Assembly: GCA_963667725.2 (NCBI GenBank)
Contig: CAXXHO010000005.1
Location: forward strand, 768,001 to 832,000
Direction of reading: 5' to 3'
Source of the DNA: Treponemataceae bacterium
Lineage (GTDB): Bacteria; Spirochaetota; Spirochaetia; Treponematales; Rectinemataceae
DNA length: 64,000 nt
The notes under the pieces are model-generated. The model did not search any database. It was not told where the DNA came from and saw only the letters and a program-made list of their open reading frames with translations. The position numbers and the translations under genes were made by a program. Below are positions 1-8,884 of this stretch, piece by piece. How positions within the stretch are numbered: position 1 is the first letter of the stretch; each line of letters opens with the position of its first letter.

Positions 1-84
1 AGGCTGTTCCGGGCGCGGAAGGCCTTGCGCCTATTATTGGAAGACAAGCAACCGAAAAGCGTTTCGCGAGGTATAGCTTTATGA
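1..84 (+). CDS. ECF RNA polymerase sigma factor, C-terminal fragment (truncated by window edge)
   Basis: Frame 1 reads RLFRARKALRLLLEDKQPKSVSRGIAL*. The RLFRARKxLR string is typical of the end of ECF sigma region 4.2. Its stop overlaps the anti-sigma start (ATGA at 81-84). Confidence 0.7.
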   Translation, partial: RLFRARKALRLLLEDKQPKSVSRGIAL

Positions 85-683
85 TGAAATGCGAAGATGT
101 ACGTTCCTTCGTCGACGCGTGGGAAGAAGGCAGAAAGACGCCAGGCGATCCGGAGGAATTCCGGGCACACCTCGATGGATGCCGCGAATGTTCGCGGCGC
201 TTCGGCGCGCTTTTGCCTTTGATGATGAGGGAGGCTGACCTCTCCGGCATCGCGGCGCCGCCTGAAGGCTTCGCCGAGGACGTCATGGCTTCGATCCGAT
301 CCGCCGGCGCCAGAAAATCATCATCCATCCTCTTCCATCCCCTCCTCGCGGCCGCGGCCGCCGCCATTTTCGTCGTCGGCTTAGGGCTCGGCGTCTTCTT
401 CACGAAGCTGGACAGGGAAAACGTCACCGTCAGGTTCGTGCTCAGCGCTCCGGAGGCCAGTTCCGTGTATCTGGCCGGGGACTTCAATTCCTGGAACGGC
501 GAGCGCTACCAGCTCAAGCGCGCCGGATCCGATGGTTTGTGGGAGATCATGGTCCCCTTAAGGAAAGGAAAGGTTTACGTCTACAATTTCATTCTCGACG
601 GCACCACGTGGATCGCCGATCCCCAGGTTCCGGCGAAGATAGACGATGGATTTGGAGGCTCGGGGAGTCTCCTGAGGTTATAA
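81..683 (+). CDS. Zinc-finger (zf-HC2/ZAS) anti-sigma factor with TM helix and C-terminal CBM48/AMPK-beta-like glycogen-binding domain
   Basis: N-terminal C...HLDGCREC (HxxxCxxC); hydrophobic LLAAAAAAIFVVGLGLGVFF; C-terminal APEASSVYLAGDFNSW...GLWEIMVPL...YVYNFILDGTTWIADP...DDGFGG motif. Confidence 0.85.
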   Translation: MMKCEDVRSFVDAWEEGRKTPGDPEEFRAHLDGCRECSRRFGALLPLMMREADLSGIAAPPEGFAEDVMASIRSAGARKSSSILFHPLLAAAAAAIFVVGLGLGVFFTKLDRENVTVRFVLSAPEASSVYLAGDFNSWNGERYQLKRAGSDGLWEIMVPLRKGKVYVYNFILDGTTWIADPQVPAKIDDGFGGSGSLLRL

Positions 684-688
684 AAAGT

Positions 689-1510
689 ATGAAAATGCCT
701 GGATTTAGAAAAGTCACTCATTGTGGTCTCGCGCTGCTTCTCGTCGTCCTCTTTCCCTTCAACGCGGCGGCGCAGGATTTGCAGGCTTGGTTCAATAAAC
801 CGGCCAATCAGGCGGCCTATGGCGCCATCGCGGCCGAGACGCGGATTCTGGCCGAGGCTATCCAGAAGGCTTCCCTCTCCGATTCACTCATAACGGCGAG
901 GCTCGAGGAGGCCGCCAAGAAGCGCATCCCGGCAAACGTGCTTCTCGCTACTTTAAAGGAAGATACGGCGCGCTATCTCATCGTTTCCGATGCCCTGCGG
1001 CTTCGGGGGCTCCAGCCCGAGAACGAAAAGCAGGCGACGGCCATGGTTGAACAGGTGGCGCTTCTGCTCAGGGCTGGCATCGGCCGAGCCGAGCTCGACG
1101 CCACCCTCGACGCGGCGGTTTCCATGCTGGGCATGAAGGCCGGCGGCAAGACAGCCGTCACGCGGACGGTAGCCGCCCTGTCGGTGGTCGCCAACGCGCA
1201 GGCCGCATACGGCATGAGCAAGGAAGAGAGCCTCCTGCTCGCCAGGGCTCTCGTTGAGAGCAAGCTGTCGGACAAAAAGCTGGATTCGGTCCTGGATTCC
1301 ATCCAAAAAGTCATAGCCAAGGGCGGCACTATCGGCGAGGCCCTGACTTCGGTGATCGAGAAGGAATTGACGATAAAAGCAGTCGAAGCCAAGACGAAGT
1401 CCAAGACCACGGCAAATGAAAATGCCAAGGATAAGACGAACCAGGGAAAGTCCGAAAACAAGGACAATTCGAACGCTAGCGCGAGCGGCGGCGGCAGCGA
1501 TAAAAAATAG
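689..1510 (+). CDS. Hypothetical secreted alpha-helical protein with low-complexity K/N/S/D tail
   Basis: ATG at 689, 5 nt after the anti-sigma stop; signal peptide LALLLVVLFPFNAAA-Q. The track start at 539 overlaps the upstream gene and is unlikely. Confidence 0.7.
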   Translation: MKMPGFRKVTHCGLALLLVVLFPFNAAAQDLQAWFNKPANQAAYGAIAAETRILAEAIQKASLSDSLITARLEEAAKKRIPANVLLATLKEDTARYLIVSDALRLRGLQPENEKQATAMVEQVALLLRAGIGRAELDATLDAAVSMLGMKAGGKTAVTRTVAALSVVANAQAAYGMSKEESLLLARALVESKLSDKKLDSVLDSIQKVIAKGGTIGEALTSVIEKELTIKAVEAKTKSKTTANENAKDKTNQGKSENKDNSNASASGGGSDKK

Positions 1511-1548
1511 TCAGTCGGCATGGCCGCTGGCTTGCCGCCGCGCTCTAG

Positions 1549-1577
1549 TTGAACAAATGCAGCCAATGCGCTATACT
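1549..1577 (+). promoter_or_regulatory. Putative sigma70 promoter for the helicase
   Basis: TTGAAC(1549-1554)-N17-TATACT(1572-1577) in an AT-richer intergenic region. Confidence 0.5.
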
Positions 1578-1726
1578 GCAAGAAATTCACCGATTGGCGT
1601 CGCATGAATCGTTTATACCTTGTATAATTCGAACGCCATCGTTTTGAGCTCGCATCGGCCATCCAGTATGGCTCCGATCTTGATTGACCAGGTTCATGCT
1701 GTTCAAGCAAACATATAGGATCTTCA

Positions 1727-2848
1727 TTGAATTTCTCATCATTCTCATTCGACAAAACCATTGCGTCCAACATAGCCCAAGCCGGCTATGAAACCCCGAC
1801 CCCCATCCAGGAAAAGACGATTCCCGCCATTCTCGAGGGCAAGGACGTACTCGGGCTCGCGCAGACCGGCACGGGCAAAACGGCCGCTTTTGCCCTCCCC
1901 ATTCTCCAGCGTCTCATGGGCGGAGAGCGCTGCGTGCGTCGCGCCCTCATCATTTCGCCGACCAGGGAGCTTGCCCAACAAACCCATACGACTTTCGAAA
2001 CATTGGGCAAGGGTACGGGCTTCAGGAGCATGAGCATTTACGGCGGCGTAACCGCTAAATCTCAGATTAAAACGCTTAAAAACATCATGCCGGAGATCGT
2101 CGTCGCCTGTCCCGGCCGTCTTCTGGACCTCATGGGCCAGGGTTTCGTGGATCTGCGCTCGATCGAGATTCTCGTCCTGGACGAGGCCGACCAGATGTTC
2201 GACATGGGCTTCCTGCCTTCGATCAAGAAGATCATCCAGGCCCTGCCCAGGAATCATCAGACCTTGCTCTTTTCCGCGACGCTTCCTTCCGAGATAAGGA
2301 CGCTGGCCAGGCAGTTCCAGAACGATCCGGTGCGGGTGGAGATCGGGAATTCCAAGCCGGTCGAAACCGTGAGCCATTTCGTCAGCCCGGTGAGCCAGGC
2401 CGACAAGTACGAGGCTTTGCGATCGGTGCTGTCCACGGGGACCACTGGTCAGACCCTCATTTTCACGAGGACGAAGCATAGGGCGAAGAAGCTGGCCCTG
2501 CAGCTGACGAGCGCCGGCTATGGCGCCACGTCGATCCAGGGGAATCTTTCCCAGGGGCAGAGGGAAAAGGCCATGTCCAGTTTCCGCTCCGGCAGGGCCA
2601 AGATCATGGTGGCCACCGATATCGCGGCGCGCGGCATCGATATTTCCCAGATTTCCCAGGTCATCAACTTCGATATTCCCGACACTCCCGAGGCTTACAC
2701 CCACAGGATCGGCAGGACAGGCCGCATGCTGCACAAGGGCGTGGCGCTGACCTTCGTCACTCCCGAGGACAAGCAGATTCTGCGCGCCATCGAGCGCTTC
2801 ATCGGCGCCCCGATCGCGCAGATGGCCATAGCCAGGCTGGCGATATAG
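1727..2848 (+). CDS. DEAD-box ATP-dependent RNA helicase (RhlE-like, core only)
   Basis: Q motif GYETPTPIQ, AQTGTGKT, PTRELA, DEAD, SAT, ARGID, HRIGRTGR; TTG start with AGGA upstream. Confidence 0.95.
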   Translation: MNFSSFSFDKTIASNIAQAGYETPTPIQEKTIPAILEGKDVLGLAQTGTGKTAAFALPILQRLMGGERCVRRALIISPTRELAQQTHTTFETLGKGTGFRSMSIYGGVTAKSQIKTLKNIMPEIVVACPGRLLDLMGQGFVDLRSIEILVLDEADQMFDMGFLPSIKKIIQALPRNHQTLLFSATLPSEIRTLARQFQNDPVRVEIGNSKPVETVSHFVSPVSQADKYEALRSVLSTGTTGQTLIFTRTKHRAKKLALQLTSAGYGATSIQGNLSQGQREKAMSSFRSGRAKIMVATDIAARGIDISQISQVINFDIPDTPEAYTHRIGRTGRMLHKGVALTFVTPEDKQILRAIERFIGAPIAQMAIARLAI

Positions 2849-2877
2849 TTTCGCTTCCCCGATAGGGGATGCGCCTG

Positions 2878-2921
2878 AAGGGCGGCCGGCTCCATCTTCG
2901 ATGGGGCCGGCCGCCCTTTTT
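2878..2921 (+). terminator. Intrinsic terminator between convergent genes
   Basis: GGGCGGCCGGCTCCATC-TTC-GATGGGGCCGGCCGCCC followed by TTTTT. Confidence 0.85.
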
Positions 2922-2922
2922 G

Positions 2923-4728
2923 TCAGTTTTGCTCGCGCAGGACGAACGCCGCGAGGAGGCCTGCCAGAGCGGCGAGTCCGGCGGCCAGGATGATGCCGGT
3001 GGTTTGGGCCGGGGCCGGTTTCTTTTCCTCGTTCAGGACGCTCATGGTTATCGGGATGCCCGAGGCGGAGTCCGGACTCGCCGCCTTCCCGAGCAGCCTG
3101 ACCACGCCGAAATCGCGGGCCGCCAGGTAGGAAACCAGGGCCGCCTGCCTGGCCGGCAGGCCGACATAGGCGGCGGCGACAGCGTCCAGCGCCGCCTTGG
3201 CCACGGCGCTCGAGCCCGCTTCGTTCGTGGTATCGACGACTATCTTGATCAGGCTCGATTCCGCCTCATACAGGACCTCGGGCGCTTCGTGGAGCGTGGA
3301 GGAGGCCTTCGTGGCGGCGCCTTCGGCCGCCTTGAGCACCTTGGCGTCGTCGGAGGCTTTCGTTATCAAGCCCGCCGGCTCCGGCACGAGGGGGTCGTTA
3401 AAATAGGCGCTCACTTCGAGCCTGTGGTGTTCCGCGTCCGCGGCGGCGCCGGCGGCCGGCACGATCAGGGCGCCAAGCGCGAGAACGGCGATCGCCGTCA
3501 TTCCGATTATCACGCGCCGGCTTTTCTTCTTTTTCTCTTCGCCCATGGTCACGCTCCTTGTCGCCGCGATGTCCTCGTCGGCCTTATGTTCTTTCGCTAG
3601 AAGGCAAATGCCCAGGAAATAGCCGAGAAAGCGCAGGCCTCCCGGGTTTATCGTGTCGGAAGCTATCAGAAAGATGAACGCTATGAACGCGAGGTCGAAA
3701 AAGTCGGGTTTCCTGCCCAGGGCCAGGGTTCTGGCCGCGAACATCGCTATGAAGCCGGCCAGGGCGAAGAGTCCGTTTTCGAAGAGCATCGTCAGGTGGG
3801 AGTTGTGCCCTCCAAGGCCCTCCGTCTTAAAGCTCTGGAAGATCATTGTCCCTTCGAGGCTGTTCCCTAGAATTCGTATGTTGTCCGCTTCCTCCGTATA
3901 GCCCCAGCCGAAGATAGGTCGTTCGGCGGCCATCGCCGTATAGCCTCGCCAGAGGTCGAGCCGTCCCGTGAGGATGTCGTTGACGCGCTCTGGCCCCGCC
4001 GCCACGATGAGGAGAAGGGCTATGATCGAGGCGGCATAGAGAACCGTGGAAAGGGTTTTTATATGGATTTTGCCCTTGAGCGCGACGATGAGGGAGATGA
4101 AGGCGAAGGCGATGGGACCCACGCGCCAGCCGCCTGCCAAGGAAAGGATGACGAGAAAGATTTCTCCCAGGGCAAAGGCTCCCAGCCTGAAGAGCCATGC
4201 TTTCTTTCCCCTTTGTCGGTCGGCCGCGATGGTCGCGTAGAGGGGAAGCCAGAGGGAGAGAAGCCCCGGCGTGTTGCGATGCATGACTTCCCCGAGCGAG
4301 AGGGGCCAACCTAGTCTGTAGCGGACATTGAACCAGTAAAAGGTCATGGCCACGGCGGTGGCGCCCAGCGCCTTGGCGAAGATGTCCTCGACCTTCCTCC
4401 GGGGATATGCCTGGAGAAGAGCCGCGCTTCCCGCGAGTATGAAGACGCGCGATCCGGACTTGGCGAAGGCCTTGAAGCTTCCGTCGCCAAGGGCGAGCGC
4501 GACGAGATCCTTGAGGGCTATGGCCGCGAAGAATCCCATGACGAGGAGGGCCCAGCGCGAGGTGAGGACTTCCCGCCAGTTCAGGGCGAGGTACCAGGCC
4601 GAGATGGCCAGGATCAGGGCGGTTCCGATGCCGTTCCAGTAGCTGAAGACGAAGGCCATGGGAAGAATAAAGGGCAGGCAGAGGGCCGAGGTTTCCAGGA
4701 GCTTCGGCTTGAGCGATTCCAGTCTCAT
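2923..4728 (-). CDS. O-antigen ligase/polymerase (Wzy_C-like) fused in frame to a two-TM chain-length-regulator-like domain
   Basis: About 10-11 hydrophobic segments; TGRLDLW...PIFGWG...GHNSHLTMLFENGLF motif of Wzy_C/WaaL. The last 207 aa are TM-soluble-TM with its own SD and ATG at 3546. Confidence 0.75.
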   Translation of the reverse strand: MRLESLKPKLLETSALCLPFILPMAFVFSYWNGIGTALILAISAWYLALNWREVLTSRWALLVMGFFAAIALKDLVALALGDGSFKAFAKSGSRVFILAGSAALLQAYPRRKVEDIFAKALGATAVAMTFYWFNVRYRLGWPLSLGEVMHRNTPGLLSLWLPLYATIAADRQRGKKAWLFRLGAFALGEIFLVILSLAGGWRVGPIAFAFISLIVALKGKIHIKTLSTVLYAASIIALLLIVAAGPERVNDILTGRLDLWRGYTAMAAERPIFGWGYTEEADNIRILGNSLEGTMIFQSFKTEGLGGHNSHLTMLFENGLFALAGFIAMFAARTLALGRKPDFFDLAFIAFIFLIASDTINPGGLRFLGYFLGICLLAKEHKADEDIAATRSVTMGEEKKKKSRRVIIGMTAIAVLALGALIVPAAGAAADAEHHRLEVSAYFNDPLVPEPAGLITKASDDAKVLKAAEGAATKASSTLHEAPEVLYEAESSLIKIVVDTTNEAGSSAVAKAALDAVAAAYVGLPARQAALVSYLAARDFGVVRLLGKAASPDSASGIPITMSVLNEEKKPAPAQTTGIILAAGLAALAGLLAAFVLREQN

Positions 4729-5642
4729 GGTTTCTCCCTGGCGGCTTTTCCCAGCTTCCTCGTGTCCATGATTTTGGCCGCCCAGCCGAGGGGCGCGGCC
4801 AGGATGGCGAGGGGGCGGCGTCGGGGACTGAGTTCGCGCAGGGCGGCGCCGAAGGCTTTCGCGTGGAAGGCGAAGCGGCCGAAGTTGATCGCCTCGCGGA
4901 TGGTGGCCTTCGCGGGCAGGTCGAGTTCAAGTTTTTCCCTGTAGAAGAGTCTCGTGCCCAGTGGATTCCCCACTCTCAGGGCAAGGCTCGCGGCCGAGAG
5001 TCCGCCGGGCAGGTAGTCGGCTTCGTAGATCACCTTGTCGAGCAGGAAAAGTTTCCATCCCGCGCGCGCTATCCTGTTCCAGACCACGGCTTCGCTCATG
5101 AAGCGCTCCCCTTCGAACTCGGGAAAGAGGAAGGCACGCAGGACTTCCGTCCTGAACACCTCGGCCTTGTCGGCCTTGATGCCGTATCGGTAGCGCAGCT
5201 CGATCGAGTCGGCCAGCGCGACGCCTTCCGGAAAATCGCCGGTTATGGGGCTTCCGTCTCCGTGGGCTTTCAGGCCGACGATGCCGCCGCAGTTGGCGTT
5301 TCCTTCGCAACGTGGGACGGCCGAGGCTATGGAAGCGAGGGCATGAGGCGGGAGTCTGTCGTCCGAGTCCACCACGAAGGTCCAGTCGCCCGAGACCAGT
5401 TCCATGCCACTATTCAGCGCCCGGTGTTTTCCCCCGTTGGGGAGGCTGAGCGTGACGAGTCTGTAGGCGGTCCGGCCTTTCCAGGATTCTAGAAGGGCGG
5501 CCGTGCCGTCGCTCGAGCCGTCGTCCACGACGATCCATTCGAAGTCCGCGCGGTTCTGCGCGTCCAGTGAGGCTTTGAGGGCTGGCAGCCTGTCCGCCCT
5601 GTTATAGGCCGGGGTCAGCACGCTTATGAGGGGTTTCGGCAT
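4725..5642 (-). CDS. Glycosyltransferase family 2
   Basis: ISVLTPAYNR, VVDDGSSDGT, NGGKHRALN, VDSDD motifs. Confidence 0.93.
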   Translation of the reverse strand: MPKPLISVLTPAYNRADRLPALKASLDAQNRADFEWIVVDDGSSDGTAALLESWKGRTAYRLVTLSLPNGGKHRALNSGMELVSGDWTFVVDSDDRLPPHALASIASAVPRCEGNANCGGIVGLKAHGDGSPITGDFPEGVALADSIELRYRYGIKADKAEVFRTEVLRAFLFPEFEGERFMSEAVVWNRIARAGWKLFLLDKVIYEADYLPGGLSAASLALRVGNPLGTRLFYREKLELDLPAKATIREAINFGRFAFHAKAFGAALRELSPRRRPLAILAAPLGWAAKIMDTRKLGKAAREKP

Positions 5643-5646
5643 TTCG

Positions 5647-7200
5647 TCATCTCCTTTCCGTGTCGAGCCGGAGCGAGGCGCCGAGAGTGAGGGTCAGAAG
5701 GGGTTTCGTGTTTCCTTTCACGGGCGCGTAGATCCATATGCCGGAATCGGCGGGCGCGACGCTGGTTTCCGACGAGGCAATTTCGGGCGCCCTGAGTTCG
5801 AGGGCGTCGAAGGCGATACCGCCCGCGACGCTGCCGTAGAACGTCCAGGCGCCGCGCTTCCAGTCGGCGTCGAGGCTGAGCATGAAGCGTTTTTCGAGCA
5901 CGGGATCGTCGAGCCAGTGGGTTCCGTCCTGAGGGTCCCTCAAAAGGTCGCCCCAGGCGTTGGCGGGGCTGTTGGAGCCGGCGAGGCGGAATTCGAAGGC
6001 GGCGCGCAGATCCAGGTCGCCGAAACCTTTCGCCCAATTCAGCCGCATGGCCAGGTTGTTCTGTCCGTAGAGGTAGCCGATCTGGTTGTCTTCTATGGCT
6101 ATGGCGCGCGACTGAAATCCCGCGGTTCCCGAGTCGATGTCGAAGCGGGTGTCAGGATAGTAGGTATAGCCATAGGCTGCCGTGCTCTGGGTTTCGGCGA
6201 GGGTCGCGTCGGTGAAGTCGCCTACCTGGCGCGGCTCGAAGGTATATCTGGTCGCCCCCGCCACGTGGAAGCCGAAGCTGCCGGCCCGGGTTTCGAGGCT
6301 TCCGCCGGCTGTGGCGGCCAGCTGCCATGGGTTGTTCACCCATTCGCCTATGCCGAAGGCGCCGAAATCGTCGACGAGGACCTGGGCGTCGGCGGCGAAT
6401 TCACCCGGCCGTCGCCAATCCCAGAAAATCCCCATGATGCTATTGTCGTCGTAGCCCGTCGACCAGGGCCGGCCGCCCTGCCCGCTTATGTACTGGATGA
6501 GATACTGGGGCACGGGGCTGAGGAAATATTCGGCGTCGAAATTGCGTCTCGCGTAGACGGCGATATCCTGGAAGCCGGCCCTCATTTCGCCGCCTGAGAA
6601 TTTGATGCCGTAGGTCTTGAGGTTGGCGCCCCTATCGGGGAATCCATCGAAGTCGGATTCGGGCCAGCCGTCGGTGTTCATCGAGGAGTCATGGTTGAGC
6701 GATATCCATCGCGTTTCGTAGAAGAATCTTTCGTCCTCGTAGCGCGCGCGCATGATGAAGGCCGAGAGACCGCGGCCGTTGACCGCGAGGGAATAGGGCG
6801 AATCTATTTCGTCGTAATGCCTGAATCGACCAACTTCAAAAATGAAGTTTCCAGGCTTAGCCCTGATGCCGCCTTCTTCCATCATCGCGTATATATCGCC
6901 CAACGTTCCCGTCGGCGTGTCGGCGAGGATGGGCGCGTATTTTCCGTCGGTCTGCGCCGAGGCTTCCGCCACGAGGCTGAAGATGCCCGCGTCGAACTGG
7001 ATCGCCGCCCCGAGGGAGGGAGAGAGTCCGCGGTCGAGGAATTCTTCCCCCAGGCTTCCCAGCCTTTCCGTGGCTTCGACCTTGACGGTAAAGCTTAATG
7101 ACGATGGCTGATCCCCGTCGGCCGCGAAAGCGGGCGCCGCGGTGGAGAGCGCCGCGAGGAGGACCAGGCCGAACAGTATCCACGTTCCGTTTTTCGTCAT
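5647..7200 (-). CDS. Exported protein, probable outer-membrane beta-barrel (capsule-assembly Wzi-like)
   Basis: Signal peptide (ALSTAAPAFA), aromatic/Gly-rich amphipathic strands, C-terminal LTLTLGASLRLD; start chosen from SD AAGGA; polysaccharide-operon context. Confidence 0.55.
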   Translation of the reverse strand: MTKNGTWILFGLVLLAALSTAAPAFAADGDQPSSLSFTVKVEATERLGSLGEEFLDRGLSPSLGAAIQFDAGIFSLVAEASAQTDGKYAPILADTPTGTLGDIYAMMEEGGIRAKPGNFIFEVGRFRHYDEIDSPYSLAVNGRGLSAFIMRARYEDERFFYETRWISLNHDSSMNTDGWPESDFDGFPDRGANLKTYGIKFSGGEMRAGFQDIAVYARRNFDAEYFLSPVPQYLIQYISGQGGRPWSTGYDDNSIMGIFWDWRRPGEFAADAQVLVDDFGAFGIGEWVNNPWQLAATAGGSLETRAGSFGFHVAGATRYTFEPRQVGDFTDATLAETQSTAAYGYTYYPDTRFDIDSGTAGFQSRAIAIEDNQIGYLYGQNNLAMRLNWAKGFGDLDLRAAFEFRLAGSNSPANAWGDLLRDPQDGTHWLDDPVLEKRFMLSLDADWKRGAWTFYGSVAGGIAFDALELRAPEIASSETSVAPADSGIWIYAPVKGNTKPLLTLTLGASLRLDTERR

Positions 7201-7210
7201 TTTCATTTCC

Positions 7211-8860
7211 TTAAAAATGGAGGCCAAGGCCGAGCCAGCCTTCGATTTTGCCCGAGTCAAAGCTTCCGATTTGTATGAAATCGAGAAGGTCGTAGCCGAG
7301 CGAAAGCCTGTATATGAAGGATCGCGCGTAGCGAGGGAAGACGGCCAGCTCGAAGCCGGCGCAGAGGATCCCGTCGCTGCTGAGGGCGATCGCCTTGGTT
7401 GGATCGGCGCGGAGAATTCCCGCGTCGACGAAGGGGGTCGCGAGCACTTCGGCTTCCAGCTTGGACCAGGTGAAGAATTGGCCTTGCGCGAAGTTCAGGG
7501 GAAACTCGAGGTTGGCGATAAGGGCCAGGTCGCCGTAGCTCGCCGCCGCGATGCCCCGTACGTAGGTTCCCCAATCCACGTCGTCGTAGTTTCTCGTGTT
7601 GCCGAACATCGTCCAGCCGGCGTCCCAGCGGCCGCTCAGCCTGAAGTTGACGCCGAAAAGGTTCCTGAAGGCGAAAAACGCGGTGGAATCGAGGGTGAGG
7701 ATAATGTCCTGTTCCTTCACGGGATCGCTTTCCAGCCAATGGCGCGTGTAGCTTGCCGACAGGTTCGCCGAACTGCCCCGCCTGAAGCTGCCGATCCAGT
7801 CCACGGCCGAGTATCCGAGGCCCAGGCTGGCGCCCAGCGTGGGATCGAGGGGAGCGAGTCCGGGCAGCTCCATGTCGAAGGAGGCGCTCAGGCCCGGGTT
7901 CAGCGAGAGCGTCGCCCGCGAGGGAAGGCCGAGAAGGGGTATGGATCCGGCGAGGGAGAGGTCGTTCGTCAGGCTCTGCGCGATGGCGATGTTTTTCTGC
8001 GCTTGGTACCCGGCCGTGGCCGAAAAACTCCAGTCCTGGCCGCGGCCGAAGCGTCTGAGCGCCTTCACCGTGGCGTTCAGCGTCGGAAGCGTGTCGTCGA
8101 TGTCGTAGACGTAGGATAGTCCGGGACTGATCGTCCATGCCTTGTCGGGTTCGCCCGCCGGGTAGTCCGAGCCGATCGAGACGTTCACGGCGTCGAGGTC
8201 GATGTCGGATGGAGCGTCGTAGCGCAGTGAGCCGTCGAAGGACCAGGACCAGGTGTTGCCGAGCATGAAGGGATAAACGCCGAAGCTGGCGCCGAGGACG
8301 GTGCGATTCAACTCGAAGTATTCGTCCAGGTTTATGGTGAGGGCGTTGAGGGTTCCGAGAAAGTTGAAATCCTTGTAGCGCAGCGCGAGCTGGAATCCAT
8401 CGTCGACGCTGTATTTAGGGAAGGGAACGGCGAGGATCGTCCAGCTGTCCTTGGCCAGCACGACGATCCTGATGTCCGCGGGATCGGCGGGATCCTCGGG
8501 CTCCACGGGACAGCCCGGGGCTATCGGCTCGAAGCGCACCGTCGAGGAAAGGTCGAATATCGTATTGCTCCGGAGGAGGCGTTCCTTCGTTATGACATAG
8601 TCTTCGAGCTCGCGGGGGGACGCGAATTCCTTGCCGACGCGTATGTCCAGATACGCGCGCAGGGCGGACTCCATGGTGTGGCCCTCTATCTCAAATCGCA
8701 CCTCGGCGATGCGGAATCGCCCGAATCCGGGCGACAAAGGCAGGCCGGGCTGGGCAAGTGCCGAAGGTTGGGCAGACAGGGCTCCCGCCGCGGCGCTCAG
8801 GATGAGGATCAGCAGCGATAATTTCCATCTATGTCCAAGGCTAAGGGCCTTTTTCGTCAT
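7211..8860 (-). CDS. Outer-membrane protein with N-terminal POTRA-like domain and beta-barrel (Omp85/ShlB-like)
   Basis: Signal peptide; FRIAEVRFEIEGHT...DSWTILAVPFPKYSVDDG...NFLGTL POTRA-to-barrel junction; YVRG motif; terminal GWLGLGLHF beta-signal. Confidence 0.7.
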   Translation of the reverse strand: MTKKALSLGHRWKLSLLILILSAAAGALSAQPSALAQPGLPLSPGFGRFRIAEVRFEIEGHTMESALRAYLDIRVGKEFASPRELEDYVITKERLLRSNTIFDLSSTVRFEPIAPGCPVEPEDPADPADIRIVVLAKDSWTILAVPFPKYSVDDGFQLALRYKDFNFLGTLNALTINLDEYFELNRTVLGASFGVYPFMLGNTWSWSFDGSLRYDAPSDIDLDAVNVSIGSDYPAGEPDKAWTISPGLSYVYDIDDTLPTLNATVKALRRFGRGQDWSFSATAGYQAQKNIAIAQSLTNDLSLAGSIPLLGLPSRATLSLNPGLSASFDMELPGLAPLDPTLGASLGLGYSAVDWIGSFRRGSSANLSASYTRHWLESDPVKEQDIILTLDSTAFFAFRNLFGVNFRLSGRWDAGWTMFGNTRNYDDVDWGTYVRGIAAASYGDLALIANLEFPLNFAQGQFFTWSKLEAEVLATPFVDAGILRADPTKAIALSSDGILCAGFELAVFPRYARSFIYRLSLGYDLLDFIQIGSFDSGKIEGWLGLGLHF

Positions 8861-8884
8861 CGTCATTTCCTTATTCGCGGGCAC

